DNA from: Lepidodermella squamata
Taxonomy: Eukaryota; Animalia; Gastrotricha
NCBI GenBank assembly: GCA_047495785.1
Contig: JBLDXI010000013.1
Coordinates: 682,001-746,000, forward strand
Direction of reading: 5' to 3'
Length of the DNA stretch: 64,000 bases
The notes beneath the pieces were generated by a model that did not search any database, was not told where the DNA came from, and was given only the letters and a program-made list of their open reading frames with translations. This document shows positions 61,289 to 64,000 of the stretch, in pieces; within the stretch, counting starts at the first letter, position 1, and each line of letters starts with the position of its first letter. The position numbers and the translations under genes were made by a program.

Positions 61289-61604
61289 CTTTGAAATATA
61301 TTATCGCACTAAAATATCGCTTTGAGAGCTTAATTTTCACTGAGAGTTCAACTCCCACTCATTTTATCTACGGAAAGAAGAGTTCCTAAGAAATCCGAAA
61401 CTGCAGCATTATATCTGAGCTTCCGCTCTCACATGCGTAATTGAGCGGAAGGAACCATTCGAACGCCGAGGTCACCAGTCTCAAAATCCATCAGGAGCAG
61501 CCCCAAATTTTGAAAAAAAACACCGGAAAATTACTCAAAATTCGCAACAATTTATTCACAACAAATATTATCAAAAAGTCAAACTCGGATAATATAAAAA
61601 ATAT

Positions 61605-64000
61605 TCAGCTTTTCAAAGAAATAGCAGCGGCTTCGTGAAGATTGACGAGCTGAACAAGGCTCGGCGCCCGAGTCGCCTCGAGCAGGCTAACAAGCATGGA
61701 CCCATAACGCTTCTTCAGCGCTGCGGAATAAGCGTCCAACTCGGCGGCCGGTGAAAATAGCACCTCCGGCATCTCGCCGAGCGAGTCCGGGTACAACGCC
61801 GGTATCATCAGCGAGACAGACGGCACGCCGGCATCTCTCATAAGCGGGCAGTTCGGAGTCAGGCTAACAACAGCGCGCGAGCTGGCCGGAAAAGATTCCT
61901 CAGCATCATCGTCCCAAATAGGGTAAGTCTGGCAGTCGTTGGAAATGATCGTGTAATTTTGCGATAGAAAGCGAAGTTCGCGCTGAGCTGGCCGCGAAAG
62001 GTAACCAAACTCAGGAAATACAACAGGCACTTCGTCCGGGTTGACTTTCCGACAATCGACCTTACCCTGCGCCAATTTTTCGCGCCACTCGTCACCAATA
62101 TCACAAGAGAAGTCGTCATCAGCCAGAATAGTTGCACCGTAACGCTCATTCGTAAGAGCGTGAAATTTTTCGACCTGAACGTTTTTCGCGTCGGCCTCTA
62201 CTTTTGTTGCTGCAGCTGTAGCTTTCTCCAGAGCTTTCGCGAACATTTGCACAGCAACATCCGGAAAGCTGGCGCTCTTTGCCAGCAAAAGCTTCACGTG
62301 ATCTTCGGCCTTTTGTAAAAACTGCATCGTCAAACCGTCAACTTTTTGCTGATCAATTATATCATAGACCAGCTTCAGATTTTGAATGTTACTGCCGAAG
62401 TGTTTGCCAGTTGTTTGGGTGCTCTTCGAAAGTGTTTCAATGACGAACTTCAGTGAATCTTTGTACGAACGCATTTGCTGAAGTTTCTCGCGCAGTTCCG
62501 ACTCGCTTGCGACAGCACTCGGCGCGCTAATTGTTACATTGGGCGGTGGTGCTGCAGTTGAAACTGTTTTCGCCGGTGGTTCCTTATTTTCGGCTACAGT
62601 TTCCACCGGTTTCGTTATAATCTGCTTAATCGGGACATCTTTCACTTCAGGAGCAGGAGTTGGTATCGCCGGAATTGTAACAACTTGCTGTACCGAGCCA
62701 ATAGGGCTGATTGATGAATTTGATTCGGACACGCCTCGTTTCGAAGAGGCGACACTAGCAGGTGCCACAGAAGATGGCTTTGCAGAAATGGAAGGGGATG
62801 GCGTTGGCAGAATTGGAGGTTCAACAGACATCGGCTGTAGCTTGACATTAGGAACTACAGCCGTAGTCTGCTGTTGTCCGATGATAATCGACCGAACTGG
62901 TATTTGATGTTCAGGTGGCGTAGAGGGCACCTTTGCCGGCAAATGTGGTAGCGGGTTGGCTGGCGGAGGCGCCGCGAGGTATTCGATAAGGGTCGTCGGT
63001 TCGCGCATCATCGCACCCGTTGGCCTATTACTGGGGGCTGTTACATTCGGAGCAGCTGAGCGTTCGTACGGCGTCCGTGCTCGAATTGCAGGCATCGCTG
63101 CTTTCTGCTCGTGATGCCTTTGAACTTGGGAGTAGCCGCTTGACTGCTGCTGCTGTTGCTGCTGCTGCTGAGGTTGATTCATAGCTCGAGCAGGCTGCGG
63201 GTCATACGACGGTCCTGTTCTCATGCCGCCGCCCAACGGGTAGGCATTGGGCGCGGCTTGCTGCTGCTGTCGTGCACCACCCGCCATTTGACCTCCAGGA
63301 ACTACTCGCTGCTGCGCCGGTATTATTTGAGGTGGATTGGTTGCATACGAGCTTGGATAAGATTGCTGGGGATGAATGGGAGGGGCTGGAGGGGGAGGAG
63401 CCGGTTGGGCGTACTCATTCGTATTTTGGTACTGGTAGTAACCACTCGACATATTGCCATTATTCGGGAGGATTCTAGGCGTTGGCGGAACCATGTTGTT
63501 GGCCCAAGGTTCTTGCACGGACCCAGCCATGCTTGAGCTACCAATATCTTGCCTGCCTTGAATATTCGAATAGCTCAAATGCTGAGTTGCCTGTGGCTGC
63601 TGCTGCTGTGGTGGTTGTGCAGGGTAAGGCCGAGAAGCCATTGCAGTAGGCCTAATTTGAGGCTGATTTACCATCGGCTGATTCATCTGTTGCCACTGTT
63701 GGCTGACTGGGGGACCAGGATTAGGCGCCCATGTTTGATGCTGTTGAGGTTGGGGTTGAGCTACAGGAGGAGGCAAGTCAATGTAAATAGGCTGCCGATT
63801 ACTAGGATATTGGTGTTGTTGTTGCTGTTGATACTGATCGGCCTGTTGTTGCAAGTTTTGAATATAAGCCTCAATTTTCTGCTGATACTGAGCCGCCCAT
63901 GTTGAGCTTCTGTAGAATTCGGCTTCAATGGCGGCCGCACTTCGACCGTCGTGATTTAGATGCGGCGCGTTCCTGAAAACCTCCTGAATCCGGCGTATGA
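61605..64000 (-). CDS. MED15: Mediator subunit 15-like (5' end beyond window)
   Basis: The frame is open to the window edge with KIX-like IRRIQEVFRNA..SAAAIEAEFYRSSTWAAQYQQKIEAYI; Q/P-rich region; KLQQMRSYKDSLK..LQKAE middle domain; VPSVSLMIPALYP C-terminal motif. Confidence 0.75.
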   Translation of the reverse strand, partial: IRRIQEVFRNAPHLNHDGRSAAAIEAEFYRSSTWAAQYQQKIEAYIQNLQQQADQYQQQQQHQYPSNRQPIYIDLPPPVAQPQPQQHQTWAPNPGPPVSQQWQQMNQPMVNQPQIRPTAMASRPYPAQPPQQQQPQATQHLSYSNIQGRQDIGSSSMAGSVQEPWANNMVPPTPRILPNNGNMSSGYYQYQNTNEYAQPAPPPPAPPIHPQQSYPSSYATNPPQIIPAQQRVVPGGQMAGGARQQQQAAPNAYPLGGGMRTGPSYDPQPARAMNQPQQQQQQQQQSSGYSQVQRHHEQKAAMPAIRARTPYERSAAPNVTAPSNRPTGAMMREPTTLIEYLAAPPPANPLPHLPAKVPSTPPEHQIPVRSIIIGQQQTTAVVPNVKLQPMSVEPPILPTPSPSISAKPSSVAPASVASSKRGVSESNSSISPIGSVQQVVTIPAIPTPAPEVKDVPIKQIITKPVETVAENKEPPAKTVSTAAPPPNVTISAPSAVASESELREKLQQMRSYKDSLKFVIETLSKSTQTTGKHFGSNIQNLKLVYDIIDQQKVDGLTMQFLQKAEDHVKLLLAKSASFPDVAVQMFAKALEKATAAATKVEADAKNVQVEKFHALTNERYGATILADDDFSCDIGDEWREKLAQGKVDCRKVNPDEVPVVFPEFGYLSRPAQRELRFLSQNYTIISNDCQTYPIWDDDAEESFPASSRAVVSLTPNCPLMRDAGVPSVSLMIPALYPDSLGEMPEVLFSPAAELDAYSAALKKRYGSMLVSLLEATRAPSLVQLVNLHEAAAISLKS

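Overview
This is a gene-dense window from a compact invertebrate (metazoan) genome with mostly 50-60 nt GT-AG introns, so the ORF track shows exons rather than genes. Genes, left to right: the 3' end of a Cys-rich GPI-type protein; CFAP90/C5orf49; WDR54; cyclin E; an uncharacterised gene; lin-41/TRIM71 with a degenerate RING and let-7 seed sites downstream of its stop; and SNRK with a nested antisense relic. Next comes a mobile-element island (25.6-30.1 kb) with two unusual G.A-rich hairpins, a TTAA MITE, a CR1-type fragment, an inverted Penelope-like element with a hammerhead ribozyme, and a gypsy relic. After it lie TIM23, a 98-aa gene with an eIF4E-binding motif, two tandem CD109/TEP thioester-protein genes, two divergent eIF2-beta paralogs, dynein light chain LC8, a secreted SGNH hydrolase, an orphan gene, an intronless GABA-B-type GPCR and MED15 (5'-partial). 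The standout system is the CD109/TEP pair. The second gene hides an array of five mutually exclusive bait-region exons, all phase 0 to phase 2, each ending in an R-x-x-F-P-[EQ] motif but otherwise unrelated. Meanwhile the thioester region is homogenised between the two paralogs: hypervariable protease baits on a conserved warhead. Gene names come from motif recognition only; no searches were run.
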